A stretch of DNA of 64,000 nucleotides. It comes from an uncultured Staphylococcus sp. GTDB lineage: Bacteria > Bacteroidota > Bacteroidia > Bacteroidales > Muribaculaceae. Both the position numbers and the translations under genes were made by a program. The DNA is taken from the NCBI GenBank assembly GCA_964554195.1, contig CAZKNK010000001.1, positions 18,174 through 82,173 of the forward strand, written 5' to 3'. This document shows, piece by piece, positions 18,974 to 28,873 of the stretch (within the stretch, counting starts at the first letter, position 1; the number at the start of each line of letters is the position of its first letter). The notes under the pieces are model-generated. The model searched no databases. It was not told where the DNA came from and saw only the letters and a list, made by a program, of their open reading frames with translations.

Positions 18974-21013
18974 TCAGCGGGTTGGACGCGGCATGGTGTT
19001 GGCATCAGCTTCCACAGGCTGGAAACGGGCCAGGCGGTCGATAAGTTTGGACAAGTCAACGGAGCCGCCCTGGGCAGCTTTTTTCATTTCAGCCGTGATG
19101 CGCTTTGCTGTTGGCGAACCTTTGGCCCTCCACATCAGATTGAGAGCCGAGAGAGCTTTGGAATTCGTACACTTACCTGCCACGGCGAAATAGTCGTTTG
19201 AAGCCACGGCGTCAATGTCGCCTGCCGAGAGAGCCTCAATGAGTTGACGCCCCTGAGGTGATGTCAGGCGTGAAGTGTCCCAGACGGTGTTGGAGTTGAG
19301 GTATGAGACATCGACTGTGAAATCTGCTGATGTCACATCGGGCGAAGCTGCCGGAGATGTGGCCGGAGCGTCGGTAACAGCCGGCGTGACAGCAGGATCA
19401 GCCACAGCAGCGGGAGTGGCTGCGTCGTCAGGAATTATCTCGGCTTCAGGAGCCACATCGAGTTTGGTGCCGCGTGGAAGCACAAGCACAAGTACCACCA
19501 CAAGCACTATTATCGCAGCAGCAGCCGCAAGAATCCACTTGGTCATCCGGCCCGCAGGCTTGTCGGCAGGCTCGGTGTTTTCATCCGTGCTGTCAGTTTC
19601 ACCGGAATCAGGAAGCGTAGGCACAGCCGTGTCAATCGGGTCTCGGTCTGAAGCCACACGGTCAGAGATGTTTTCAAACACCGGCGCCGTGTGAGGCGTC
19701 TGGGGCTGTTCGCCCGTTTCCTCCTGACGCGACGTCTCGAAATTCGGAGCCACAGGGCGACCGTCGAACCGCACATCCACATTATAAACCTCCGAGTGGT
19801 CAGGTGTAACCATACGGTAGGCACGGAATCCGTGGAAATTGCCTGAATGGAGGCGATTGTATTCCGGAGTGTTCTTCTCGATGGAAATAAACTGCTCTAT
19901 CACGCGGCCATCGCCGAAGTCGAGCCGGAGCGTCACCCCCTGCTCTATCGGTTGAAGCACAATTTCAAGACGGTCAGTGGCAAGAATCTCGTCGGTTGAT
20001 TTCTCCATCTTCACCGGCATGTAGTTGTTTGAAGCCACCTTGATTTCCACCTTGTCTGACTCGCACAAATCCTTTTCCGTAAACTCCACAAACGGTTCCA
20101 TAGTGCTGACGGAGCGTCCGTTGACCGAGATGGTATAGCCATTGAGCGGGGTTCCTTTTGCCGACTTCACCGAAAGACCCACACGGCGCGTGAAGCGAAT
20201 CCCACACTCGCGGGGCTGACGGATGCGGATGGTAGAACCCTCGATGCGAACGAATGCCGACGGATTACCCACCGTGACGGTTTCTGTGTGAGAATCAAAC
20301 CCGGGACGGGTGAATGTCACCGTAAGCCGCTCACCGTCATAGGCGCTGTCAGCCGAAACAGTGACTCCGTCAGGAATCACTACCGAATACTGCTTTCGGA
20401 TCGGAGCCGTAATTCTCGGCATCTTCACACCGGGGCGGAGCGAGGCTGTGGCCGGAACCACAATCACGCAGCGGTAAGGCGCATAGTCAGGTTGTGACGG
20501 AAACGAGAATATCGTGACAAGTTCGGAAGTAGAAATATATGTGCGGTAGGCTCCTTCCTCTCTCCTTACAGGTTCAGCCGGCGCTTTATAGAGCCACGAT
20601 GACCGCATGACAGGCTGCGCGGGAATCTGCGCAGACTCCAAAGCGGCCTTCACGGCGGTGTCAGAAGGCGCTCCTTCAGCAATAAATGACTTCTCGAGAG
20701 ACGAAAAAAGTGCCAGAAGCTGCTTTCCGGTCAGCGAACATTCATTGTCAACAAACACCGAGATCATTTCATAGCTGTCGGCAGCCGAACTCCTCACCGG
20801 ATTTCGGGCTATGAGCGAGAAGCAGTGGCCGTCGGCCGACTGCTGGAGAATATAACATTCACCGGCGTTCAGAAAACGCCTGATTGCAGCACCGGGAGTG
20901 ACAAGTGATTTTTTCCATGCGCGGTCATCGTCAGCATTCCACGAAAAAATTGTCTGAGTGGACCCGTCGGCCTCACCCCGGAGCAGTATATGGATATAAG
21001 AATAGTCAGTCAT
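18974..21013 (-). CDS. Hypothetical membrane protein (large N-terminal region, late TM helix, C-terminal domain)
   Basis: Long ORF; TM WILAAAAAIIVLVVVLVLVL; start set to MTDYSY because a TATCTTTG box lies at 21038-21045. Confidence 0.75.
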   Translation of the reverse strand: MTDYSYIHILLRGEADGSTQTIFSWNADDDRAWKKSLVTPGAAIRRFLNAGECYILQQSADGHCFSLIARNPVRSSAADSYEMISVFVDNECSLTGKQLLALFSSLEKSFIAEGAPSDTAVKAALESAQIPAQPVMRSSWLYKAPAEPVRREEGAYRTYISTSELVTIFSFPSQPDYAPYRCVIVVPATASLRPGVKMPRITAPIRKQYSVVIPDGVTVSADSAYDGERLTVTFTRPGFDSHTETVTVGNPSAFVRIEGSTIRIRQPRECGIRFTRRVGLSVKSAKGTPLNGYTISVNGRSVSTMEPFVEFTEKDLCESDKVEIKVASNNYMPVKMEKSTDEILATDRLEIVLQPIEQGVTLRLDFGDGRVIEQFISIEKNTPEYNRLHSGNFHGFRAYRMVTPDHSEVYNVDVRFDGRPVAPNFETSRQEETGEQPQTPHTAPVFENISDRVASDRDPIDTAVPTLPDSGETDSTDENTEPADKPAGRMTKWILAAAAAIIVLVVVLVLVLPRGTKLDVAPEAEIIPDDAATPAAVADPAVTPAVTDAPATSPAASPDVTSADFTVDVSYLNSNTVWDTSRLTSPQGRQLIEALSAGDIDAVASNDYFAVAGKCTNSKALSALNLMWRAKGSPTAKRITAEMKKAAQGGSVDLSKLIDRLARFQPVEADANTMPRPTR

Positions 21014-21130
21014 AAGAGGGTTAAGTATAGTATCTTGCAAAGATACACAGAATTTTTCATTCTACCCCCTCTCCCCCGCAAGATATTTCACTCCCAAATC
21101 CAAAATTTGGTGTAAAATTTCAGACCGGGA

Positions 21131-21358
21131 TTATAGCTTGTGGGCGGTGATTATGGTGAAACTGCTGGCATTGACCGTGAGGATGGCGTTGTCAGTTTTA
21201 ACATACAGGTTTTTGCCTTTCCGCTCAATCCGTGCATTCGACTTAAGAATTAACTGTTTACAATAGCCTGTGACATCATCTGTATCAAGCCCGAGATTTC
21301 GCCTGATGCGGATGGCCCCCATAGGGGTTGTGTGTAGTCGCCGGATATTTTCAATCAT
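21131..21358 (-). CDS. DUF3781-like small protein
   Basis: LHTTPMGAIRIRRNL...RKGKNLY...TVNASSFTIITAH. Confidence 0.75.
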   Translation of the reverse strand: MIENIRRLHTTPMGAIRIRRNLGLDTDDVTGYCKQLILKSNARIERKGKNLYVKTDNAILTVNASSFTIITAHKL

Positions 21359-21382
21359 GTCATTGATAGCAGTTTACGATAG

Positions 21383-21718
21383 TTATTGGCCGGAACCGGA
21401 GGGTTGATCGGGGTGATTTTTGCGTCGGGGATTAGCCGGGAACCATCCTTTACGCACACGCTCCACCTGTTCGGAGACCTCCTTGATTGACCAAAGCGAC
21501 GAGAAGGCTATGATGCCGAGGAGGATGGAGACGGTGAGGTTGCTGACAAGAATCGAGCCAACCGTAGCGATGATGGCAGCGACAAGAAACAGACGGCGGC
21601 AGAGCGGTGCGCCGAGATAGTATTCTCCTTTGATAACCAGAGGATGAAAGAGTCCTATTATAATAAATGTAGCGGCTCCGATGAGGAGTCCGTCAATGTT
21701 GATGTCTGCGAGGTTCAT
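21383..21718 (-). CDS. DUF4491 family membrane protein
   Basis: IIGLFHPLVIKGEYY...SSLWSIKE...RVRKGWFPANP; start at MNLAD overlaps the upstream stop. Confidence 0.85.
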   Translation of the reverse strand: MNLADINIDGLLIGAATFIIIGLFHPLVIKGEYYLGAPLCRRLFLVAAIIATVGSILVSNLTVSILLGIIAFSSLWSIKEVSEQVERVRKGWFPANPRRKNHPDQPSGSGQ

Positions 21719-22194
21719 CTTGTTGGGACGGTGAAATTGATCAGGGTGATGGTGACGGTGTATGGAGTTACTCCTGCTGTGCGTGGTTTCTTGCCGAGAT
21801 GATAATAGTAGGTCTGCTGGAGATCCCATGATTTCTTGGCAAGACTACGTGTCTGACCGGGAGGAATGTCACATTCAAGTGTGGAGTTTGCGCTGTGAAG
21901 CTGCCTTCCGGAAAGGTCAAGATAATTGATGCGGACAGTGATTGATCGGACAGTATCGGAATAGTGGTTGGTAACGAGAAAAGTTTCCTTGCGCGACATG
22001 AGGGGCTTGTCATAGCCGGAAAAGGTGAGTTCACCACCCGTAGCTACAATAGTGTCGGCCACAGGGAGGGGAATCACAGCGGGCGACGGCTCACTGACGG
22101 GCTTGAGGTGGCGACGGAGAGTATTGTCAGCCGACGAATTGATGACGGCGAGAGCCGTGACGGTGACCGTCAGTATGGCCGGAAGAAGCTTCAT
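21715..22194 (-). CDS. Conserved hypothetical exported protein
   Basis: Signal peptide; FSGYDKP..SRKETF, WDLQQTYYYH; coupled to both neighbours. Confidence 0.7.
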   Translation of the reverse strand: MKLLPAILTVTVTALAVINSSADNTLRRHLKPVSEPSPAVIPLPVADTIVATGGELTFSGYDKPLMSRKETFLVTNHYSDTVRSITVRINYLDLSGRQLHSANSTLECDIPPGQTRSLAKKSWDLQQTYYYHLGKKPRTAGVTPYTVTITLINFTVPTR

Positions 22195-22766
22195 AGGTAG
22201 ACGGGGTTAATCGGAATTGCAGGTTCAGGAAAAATTCTGATGAGTCCATCGACGTCGGCCCGACGGGTTTCAGTTTCCGAGAAGGCGAAGCGAAACATGT
22301 AGGGCATGAGTCGCCACCATCGGATTTTCAGCTTCTTTCCATAAGATTTCATCGCAAGCCGGCTCTCTTCATCCTCAAGCGAGAGCAGGCATGAAGTTGG
22401 CCTGACCCGGCGTCGGTCAGAAGGGAGTTCGGTGTAGATACGGGCGTCATATACGCCATATTTACCTGTAGGGACGAGTGTGCCTACCGTAGCACCTGCC
22501 TGCACGTTCTTTGACGCCGGACGGATGAGAATCATCAGATAGCGTCCCACCACCCCGTCGCTGACAGCGGTGGAGTCACGCCGGATTTCTATGACAGCCG
22601 ACTGTCCGGGAAACTGCCACAACCCCTCGACGGGATGAAGCGGAATCTGACGCAAACGTGATGCCGCCGCAGTGACCTCATCTGACTGCCGGAGCGACCG
22701 ACCGACAACCGGACCGACCGTCATCACGGCAACTGCCGCCGCTACGAGGAGAGAACGCAGAGTCAT
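22191..22766 (-). CDS. Hypothetical exported protein
   Basis: Signal peptide; LHPVEGLWQF; tight operon spacing. Confidence 0.7.
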   Translation of the reverse strand: MTLRSLLVAAAVAVMTVGPVVGRSLRQSDEVTAAASRLRQIPLHPVEGLWQFPGQSAVIEIRRDSTAVSDGVVGRYLMILIRPASKNVQAGATVGTLVPTGKYGVYDARIYTELPSDRRRVRPTSCLLSLEDEESRLAMKSYGKKLKIRWWRLMPYMFRFAFSETETRRADVDGLIRIFPEPAIPINPVYL

Positions 22767-22771
22767 GCAGG

Positions 22772-24145
22772 TCAGATTGAGCTGAAGTTATAGCTGAAAC
22801 CGAACGATAGAATCTCCTTCAGCTGGAACTTGTGCCACTTCGAGTCAGCCTCACGCGGGGTGGACGAATCGTAGCGGGCATGGATATACAGCTGTGTGGA
22901 GAGGAACTTATTGATGTTAAACTGGAATGTGTTTTCCCAGTCGCTCTGAATATAATCATAATCGGTAAACACGAAGAAACGGGAGCGATAACTGATGTTG
23001 TCGGCTATCTTCCATGTCACCTTCACCTCGGCATTGGAACCGATCTCGCTCACCACCTTGTGGCCCGGCTTGATTCCATAGTCAGTCTCGTTCATCTTCG
23101 AGTTGATACACGTTTTCATATTCCATGAAATCGGCGAGATTGAGGCGTCGAGCGTGAAAGTCTTTTTGGCATTGACGTGGTTGTAGGTCATACCAAGACC
23201 GACATTGAGTTCGCCGGGTGAGAGGAGGGCCGCCTTCATGGAATAGGAATTTGACTTGTAGTTATTGAGCAGCTGAGTCTTAAATGAGATGTTGGTTGAG
23301 TAATACCACTTCTTCGTGGCCTTGTAACCGGCAGTCAGATTAAACTGAAACAGGTCCTCGGATATGCTGTAGGAGCGGATTGTGTCGTCAGGGGCGCTGT
23401 TCATACCGAGCTTATACTGCACCGTGGTTTCGAAAAGGAGTTTTGGGTGAAACTTCTGGTTAAGCTTCACATTATAGAATAGATTGAGGATAGCGTTGAC
23501 GTTATTGTTACCGCCCTGATACCAGTTGGGCGACACGTAGGCCTGCGAGAACTGCAACCCGGCATTAAACGTGCGCAGCCAGTGTCGCTTCTCAAACACC
23601 ACTTCCATCTCGGTGTTGACCGGCGGGACGGGCTTCACCTCGTCGATGACAATCATAGCCGTGGCCGGATCGACCGTGGCGATATACTGCTTGGGTGGTT
23701 CGGGCAGATGAGCTTCATTATATCTTACCAGATATGGATAGTTCAACACATACTGCTGCGTGGCCTGACGGATCAGATTGGCATGCTGATTCAGGTCAAT
23801 CAACCATCCGAAAGTGGCGCGCTCACCACCGGGAATCAGAGGGATGGGGTCAAGGAGATGATAGGTGTCGAAAACAACCGGTCGGAAATAATAGCCGGGC
23901 ATGGTGTGATAGGTCATGTCGCGCGGCGTCAGGGCAAACCCGTCGAGCGAGTCAACCTCAGCAAGATAATCCTCGAAGAACACTGTGTCAATAGCGGTGG
24001 TATCCGTCTCGATTTCGGGGACATAATTATATATTTCGCTCCTTGATGTCGGGGTGTCAAAAAGCTTCAGCTCCGGGGCAGCGCCGGTGGCACTGACTGC
24101 TCCGGCAAGACATAGAATAAGGACAAATACTGATTTTCGAACCAT
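22772..24145 (-). CDS. DUF3078 domain outer-membrane protein
   Basis: QFSQAYVSPNWYQGG, SPGELNVGLG, QLKEILSFGFSY terminal beta-strand. Confidence 0.85.
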   Translation of the reverse strand: MVRKSVFVLILCLAGAVSATGAAPELKLFDTPTSRSEIYNYVPEIETDTTAIDTVFFEDYLAEVDSLDGFALTPRDMTYHTMPGYYFRPVVFDTYHLLDPIPLIPGGERATFGWLIDLNQHANLIRQATQQYVLNYPYLVRYNEAHLPEPPKQYIATVDPATAMIVIDEVKPVPPVNTEMEVVFEKRHWLRTFNAGLQFSQAYVSPNWYQGGNNNVNAILNLFYNVKLNQKFHPKLLFETTVQYKLGMNSAPDDTIRSYSISEDLFQFNLTAGYKATKKWYYSTNISFKTQLLNNYKSNSYSMKAALLSPGELNVGLGMTYNHVNAKKTFTLDASISPISWNMKTCINSKMNETDYGIKPGHKVVSEIGSNAEVKVTWKIADNISYRSRFFVFTDYDYIQSDWENTFQFNINKFLSTQLYIHARYDSSTPREADSKWHKFQLKEILSFGFSYNFSSI

Positions 24146-24339
24146 GTTTTATTGAAATGTGATGATTGAATTGCAAAATTAACAATTTTTTTCGTAACTC
24201 CCCCACTAATTGCCTTATCATTCACCGCTCCGGCTGTGATTTAGATCATTCCGCCCCCTACCGGACCAAAAATCCGTAAAAATGCAGTCGCCGCAGGTGA
24301 AAATTCCTAAAACAATTTTGACAGAAAAGGAAATAATTG

Positions 24340-24347
24340 TAACTTTG
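24340..24347 (+). promoter_or_regulatory. -7 promoter element (TAACTTTG) of the PpiD-like gene
   Basis: TAnnTTTG match with TTTG about 20 bp upstream; a divergent TAATTTTG box on the minus strand at 24174-24181. Confidence 0.6.
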
Positions 24348-24428
24348 TGCGTTAAATTCGCGTCATGTAGCCTTACACGGCCCGATTGCGTTTACAATAA
24401 ACCGATTAATATCAATTAAACACTTATA

Positions 24429-26489
24429 ATGGCAACACTTGAAAAAATCCGCAGCAGGTCAGGACTGTTACTCATAATTGTGGGTGCGGCGCTGCTTGCC
24501 TTCATCATCGGCGACTTTTTCCAGTCGGGTCACACCCTCTTCGGCCCCGGAAACACTCTCGCTAAGGTTGGAAAACAGAAAATCGAAGTCCAGGAATTCC
24601 AGCAGCGCGCTCAGCAGGCCGCTCAGCAGACACAGGGACGCAAAATCGACTCATCGGTGCTTAATCAGCAGGTGCTGGCATCAATGATCGCCGAAAAGCT
24701 CTTCAATGAAGAAGTAGAGCGTCTTGGACTTAAAGTCACCGACGAGGAGCTGACCGAGGCCATGCTTGGCCGCAACTCCGCCATGGTTGACCGCATGCTC
24801 ATGCAGAATCAGATCGCCCCTTCGGGAAAAGATCTCTATGACATCGCCTTCCACCCTGAAAAATACGGCATCCCCGCCGCTCAGGCCGAACAATATAAGG
24901 ATTATTGGCTTCAGCTCGAGAAGCAGGTTGAGCAGAGTCTGCTCCGTCAGAAATTCCAGAACCTTTTCACCGGAACATTCGCGGCCAACGACCTTGACCT
25001 GAAGGCTTTCTATGATGAAAACGCCTCAACTGCCTCAGTGATTTACGCCAAGCAGGATTATGTCACCCTTCCCGACGAGGAATATGAACCCTCAGCCGCC
25101 GAAGTGAAAGCCCTCTATGAGTCGGAAAAGAAACTCTATGAACTTCCCGAACAGCTCTCAACCGTCAACTATATTGCCGTTGACATCGTCCCCTCTGCCG
25201 ACGACAAGCTTAACGCACAGCAGCGTGTTGAAAACGCACTCATGACCCTCAACTCAAACCCCGACGTGCAGGGCATGAATGACTTCGCCGACTTCGTGGT
25301 GGAGAGAGCCAAACAGACTCAGGAGAGCCTCCCCGTTCAGATCAAGGCCGCTGTCGACACAATGCCTGTCGGCAAAGCAGCACTCGTCAACCGTATGGGC
25401 AACACCTACACCCTGGCCAAAGTCCTCGGACGTACAAGTGAAATCACTGACGTGACCATCGACTTCATGTCGGTTCAGGCAAACCGTCAGCAGATGGACT
25501 CGCTCATCACACTGCTCAACAACGGCGCTGACTTTGACTCCATCGCATCAGCCAACGCATCGGCTGCTCAGAAAGATTTCAATCTCTCGCTCCTTGACCC
25601 TTCGGCTCTGGAATATCGTGAGGTTCTCACCAACGCCGCCACCGGTCGCTACTTCACTCCCGACACCGCTGCAACGATTGTTGCCGGTCAGATTTTCCGT
25701 GTTAACGAGCGTAAGGCTCCCGGTGAAGTGGTTGATCTCGCTACAATTACTTACGAGGTACTCCCCTCAGCAGCCACCGTCAACCGTCTGCAAGGTGATC
25801 TCATGAACTATGTAGCCAGCCACAAGTCAGCTCAGGAATTTGCCGACAGCGCTCAGGCAGCAGGCTACACCACCTTCCCCGCACAAGTCACTCCCTCATC
25901 GCCCGGCATCGGCAACATCGAGGACTCCCACGCAGCAGTGGCATGGGTGATGGACGCCAAGAAGGGTAAAGTGTCAGAAGTATTCGGCGACGAGCAGTCA
26001 GGTAAATTCTTTGCAGTAGCCGTAAATAATGTCTACGACAACTATCTTCCCCTCACCGAGCCTCAGGTCAACGCAACCTACACCAACCGCGCCCGTAACG
26101 ACAAGAAAGCCGCAGCGCTTATAGAGAAATACAGCGGCAAGGCTAATGACGTTGCCGGCTACGCAAACCTCATGAGCGCAAGTGTGGACACCACCACCGT
26201 TAACTTCGGCCAGATGCAGATTCCCGGCATCGGAATCTTTGAAGCTGAAATCCTCGGAAATGTGGTCAACGCCAAGCCCGGTCAGCTTGTAGGTCCCGTC
26301 AAGGGCAACAATGCAGTGGTTGTGCTTCAGGTCACCTCGGTTGACAATAACGGTCGTCCGTTTGACGCCACACAGGATGGCGCACGTTACACCCAGCAGC
26401 GAGGCGCGGCCCGAATGTTGAACAACATGGACCGCATCCTACAGGGCAACCGCAAAGTCGAAAACCACATGACCACCTTCTTCAAGTAA
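24429..26489 (+). CDS. ppiD: SurA-N-terminal/PpiD-like periplasmic chaperone
   Basis: MATLEKIRSRSGLLLIIVGAALLAFIIGD, typical Bacteroidetes PpiD start; LGLKVTDEEL. Confidence 0.8.
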   Translation: MATLEKIRSRSGLLLIIVGAALLAFIIGDFFQSGHTLFGPGNTLAKVGKQKIEVQEFQQRAQQAAQQTQGRKIDSSVLNQQVLASMIAEKLFNEEVERLGLKVTDEELTEAMLGRNSAMVDRMLMQNQIAPSGKDLYDIAFHPEKYGIPAAQAEQYKDYWLQLEKQVEQSLLRQKFQNLFTGTFAANDLDLKAFYDENASTASVIYAKQDYVTLPDEEYEPSAAEVKALYESEKKLYELPEQLSTVNYIAVDIVPSADDKLNAQQRVENALMTLNSNPDVQGMNDFADFVVERAKQTQESLPVQIKAAVDTMPVGKAALVNRMGNTYTLAKVLGRTSEITDVTIDFMSVQANRQQMDSLITLLNNGADFDSIASANASAAQKDFNLSLLDPSALEYREVLTNAATGRYFTPDTAATIVAGQIFRVNERKAPGEVVDLATITYEVLPSAATVNRLQGDLMNYVASHKSAQEFADSAQAAGYTTFPAQVTPSSPGIGNIEDSHAAVAWVMDAKKGKVSEVFGDEQSGKFFAVAVNNVYDNYLPLTEPQVNATYTNRARNDKKAAALIEKYSGKANDVAGYANLMSASVDTTTVNFGQMQIPGIGIFEAEILGNVVNAKPGQLVGPVKGNNAVVVLQVTSVDNNGRPFDATQDGARYTQQRGAARMLNNMDRILQGNRKVENHMTTFFK

Positions 26490-26512
26490 GAAACTCTGAA
26501 AATCAAATATCA

Positions 26513-26555
26513 GCGGCGGGCGGCTCATTAATGGAAGCTGCCCGCCGCCGCTTTG
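26513..26555 (+). terminator. Rho-independent terminator
   Basis: gcggcgggcggct...agctgcccgccgc GC-rich stem just after the stop. Confidence 0.7.
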
Positions 26556-26733
26556 TCACCATAACCCCGTCCTTTTTTACCCATCTGAAAGCAGACAGCC
26601 ATCAAACTGACACTTTAGCCACAAAAATGTTACAATTATCGTCATTTTGTGTTAATATTTTTTTTAGCTTTCATTTTGTTGTAACTTTGCCTGAAATGTT
26701 ATTACTTATATCTTCATACCAACTTATCACCTT

Positions 26734-28818
26734 ATGACAAATCGCATATTTCTTGCTGCGGCGCTTGCATCAGCAGCCCTGGCAGTTATGGCCGATTCCG
26801 GGACTCCGGGCCGCTTCATGCCCTATGAGCAACCCGTCAGAAACGCCCGCCACATCACAATGCCGGCACAGTCATCCGTTTTTACCGCACAGAAAGCTCC
26901 CGCAAACCGGGTCCCCGACGACGGACGCGAATACAAGACCGTACTCGAGGAAGATTTCTCGCGCATGACAGCCGGACTTCCTGAGGACCCCGACCCGACA
27001 TTTATCAACGACGAGTACAACATGATTCCGTCGTCCTACACCCACACCCCCGGCTGGGGCGGACGTTCGATCATGCAGGCCGGTGGAGCCGTATGTATAG
27101 GAATGTACACCGACCCCTGGACCGGAACCGTAATGACCGGTCAGCTTGAAACACCCGAACTTGACCTCCACCGCAATCAAGGCACAGCCTATCTCTCGTT
27201 TCGCGCCAAACTCCTTGCCCCCGACCTCTTTGATATGGTATGTGTGCGCTGGGTTGCCGAAACAGACATGCTCCCCATCACAAGCGACGAACAGACATTT
27301 CCCGTCAACGGACTGCAATGGACCGACATTGAGGTGGAACTGACAGGTTGCCCCTCAAACACGGTTATCCAACTCTACTCCGACACATACGAAATCGTGA
27401 TTGACGACATCAAGGTGCAGCAATTCCGTCCTGAAATCGAGGCTCCCACAGCCCTGAAGTGGACCGACTTCACCGGCGACAGCTTCACAGCAAACTGGAC
27501 TGCCGTAGAAGGTGCCGACCACTACATTTTCAACTGCTACTACGTCCGCCGCGCCGGAAGCGAGGACCAGCTTCCCGATTATAAATATGTGGCCCGCGAC
27601 AAGGTGACAACCGAAACCTCCTATCACCTTGAAAATCTTAACCGCGACAAGGTCTACTATTACTACATCCGCGCCGTGTCAGAAACCGGTGTCAAGAGCG
27701 AAGAGTCTGCTCTGGTGGAGGTGCTTGACCTCACAGTCCCTGAAGGCATTGTCATCAGCGACGTGTCAGCCGAAGGCTTCCTTGTGGAGTGGGATCCCGT
27801 CTACAATGCCGAAGGCTACGGATTTCAGGCAATACTTGACCACAAAGCCATGACTGACGAGACATACGACATCCTCAACGAAAACTTTGATGCAATCGTT
27901 AACCCGGGTTCTATCGGCGAGCCTTATACCAACGCCATCGGACTCTATGACATGGACAGCTACGGAATGTCACGTGCAAACTGGGTGATGTATGAAGGTG
28001 GCGTGATCAACGGCGCCATTGCCCTCCACAACTATGTGTCATCACTCGGCACTCAATATTACGGCGAACTCGTTTCACCGATCATGACCATAGGCCAGTC
28101 AACAGGTAACCTTACCATCGAAGCTGACTTCGCCACACTCGATCCCGGCGTTCATCCTTACATCCAGATAGCCGTTCCCGGCGTGGTCGACGGCCAGACT
28201 CAATGGGTACTCGGAGCCGGTGGCGAAATCAAGCAGAACATCGGTAGCGACTGGACCCACGTGAAACTCAACTACAAAGTTCCCGCAGGACTCATCCGCT
28301 TCTCATTCGGCACCACCGACGGCGGCTGGCTCTATATGGACAACCTCCGCATCAGTGTTGACCTCCCAGAAGGAGCCGTTCAGCGTAACCTCTATAAATA
28401 TGACGAAATCAAGGAAGGTCTTGATGCTCCCGGCTACTACTGCTCTACGGCTGACCGCCAGCGCGGCGACCACTACTCGTTTGCCCTCATGGCAGCCCGT
28501 CAGCGTCCCGGTTCATATATGATTCCGGTGTATGTGCTTAGCGACTGGACTGAAACATTCCAGGTTCCCGACAATCTTGATTGGAGCGGAATCGAATCCG
28601 TTGCAGCCCCCGTCTCACCCGCAGCCACCTTCACCGTCACCACTCAGAGCGGTGCCATCGCTATCACCAACCCCGAAGGCGAGCAGCTCACCGTGCTTAA
28701 CGCCGACGGTCGCACTGCCGGACGCACCGCTGCCACCTCGGCCACCCTCAGAGTAGGTCCCGGATTCTACATAGTCGCATCAGCCACAGGCGCAGCCGTC
28801 AAGGTCGTGGTGCGCTGA
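26734..28818 (+). CDS. Secreted Fn3-domain surface protein with T9SS-type C-terminus
   Basis: Signal peptide; SFTANWTAVEGADHY...YYYYIRAV Fn3; C-terminal GIESV...GFYIV...KVVVR; TAACTTTG box at 26682-26689. Confidence 0.8.
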   Translation: MTNRIFLAAALASAALAVMADSGTPGRFMPYEQPVRNARHITMPAQSSVFTAQKAPANRVPDDGREYKTVLEEDFSRMTAGLPEDPDPTFINDEYNMIPSSYTHTPGWGGRSIMQAGGAVCIGMYTDPWTGTVMTGQLETPELDLHRNQGTAYLSFRAKLLAPDLFDMVCVRWVAETDMLPITSDEQTFPVNGLQWTDIEVELTGCPSNTVIQLYSDTYEIVIDDIKVQQFRPEIEAPTALKWTDFTGDSFTANWTAVEGADHYIFNCYYVRRAGSEDQLPDYKYVARDKVTTETSYHLENLNRDKVYYYYIRAVSETGVKSEESALVEVLDLTVPEGIVISDVSAEGFLVEWDPVYNAEGYGFQAILDHKAMTDETYDILNENFDAIVNPGSIGEPYTNAIGLYDMDSYGMSRANWVMYEGGVINGAIALHNYVSSLGTQYYGELVSPIMTIGQSTGNLTIEADFATLDPGVHPYIQIAVPGVVDGQTQWVLGAGGEIKQNIGSDWTHVKLNYKVPAGLIRFSFGTTDGGWLYMDNLRISVDLPEGAVQRNLYKYDEIKEGLDAPGYYCSTADRQRGDHYSFALMAARQRPGSYMIPVYVLSDWTETFQVPDNLDWSGIESVAAPVSPAATFTVTTQSGAIAITNPEGEQLTVLNADGRTAGRTAATSATLRVGPGFYIVASATGAAVKVVVR

Positions 28819-28873
28819 TGAATCAGACGCTTAACAAAGCAATCAACTATTAACCAATCAATAACTCAAGCAA

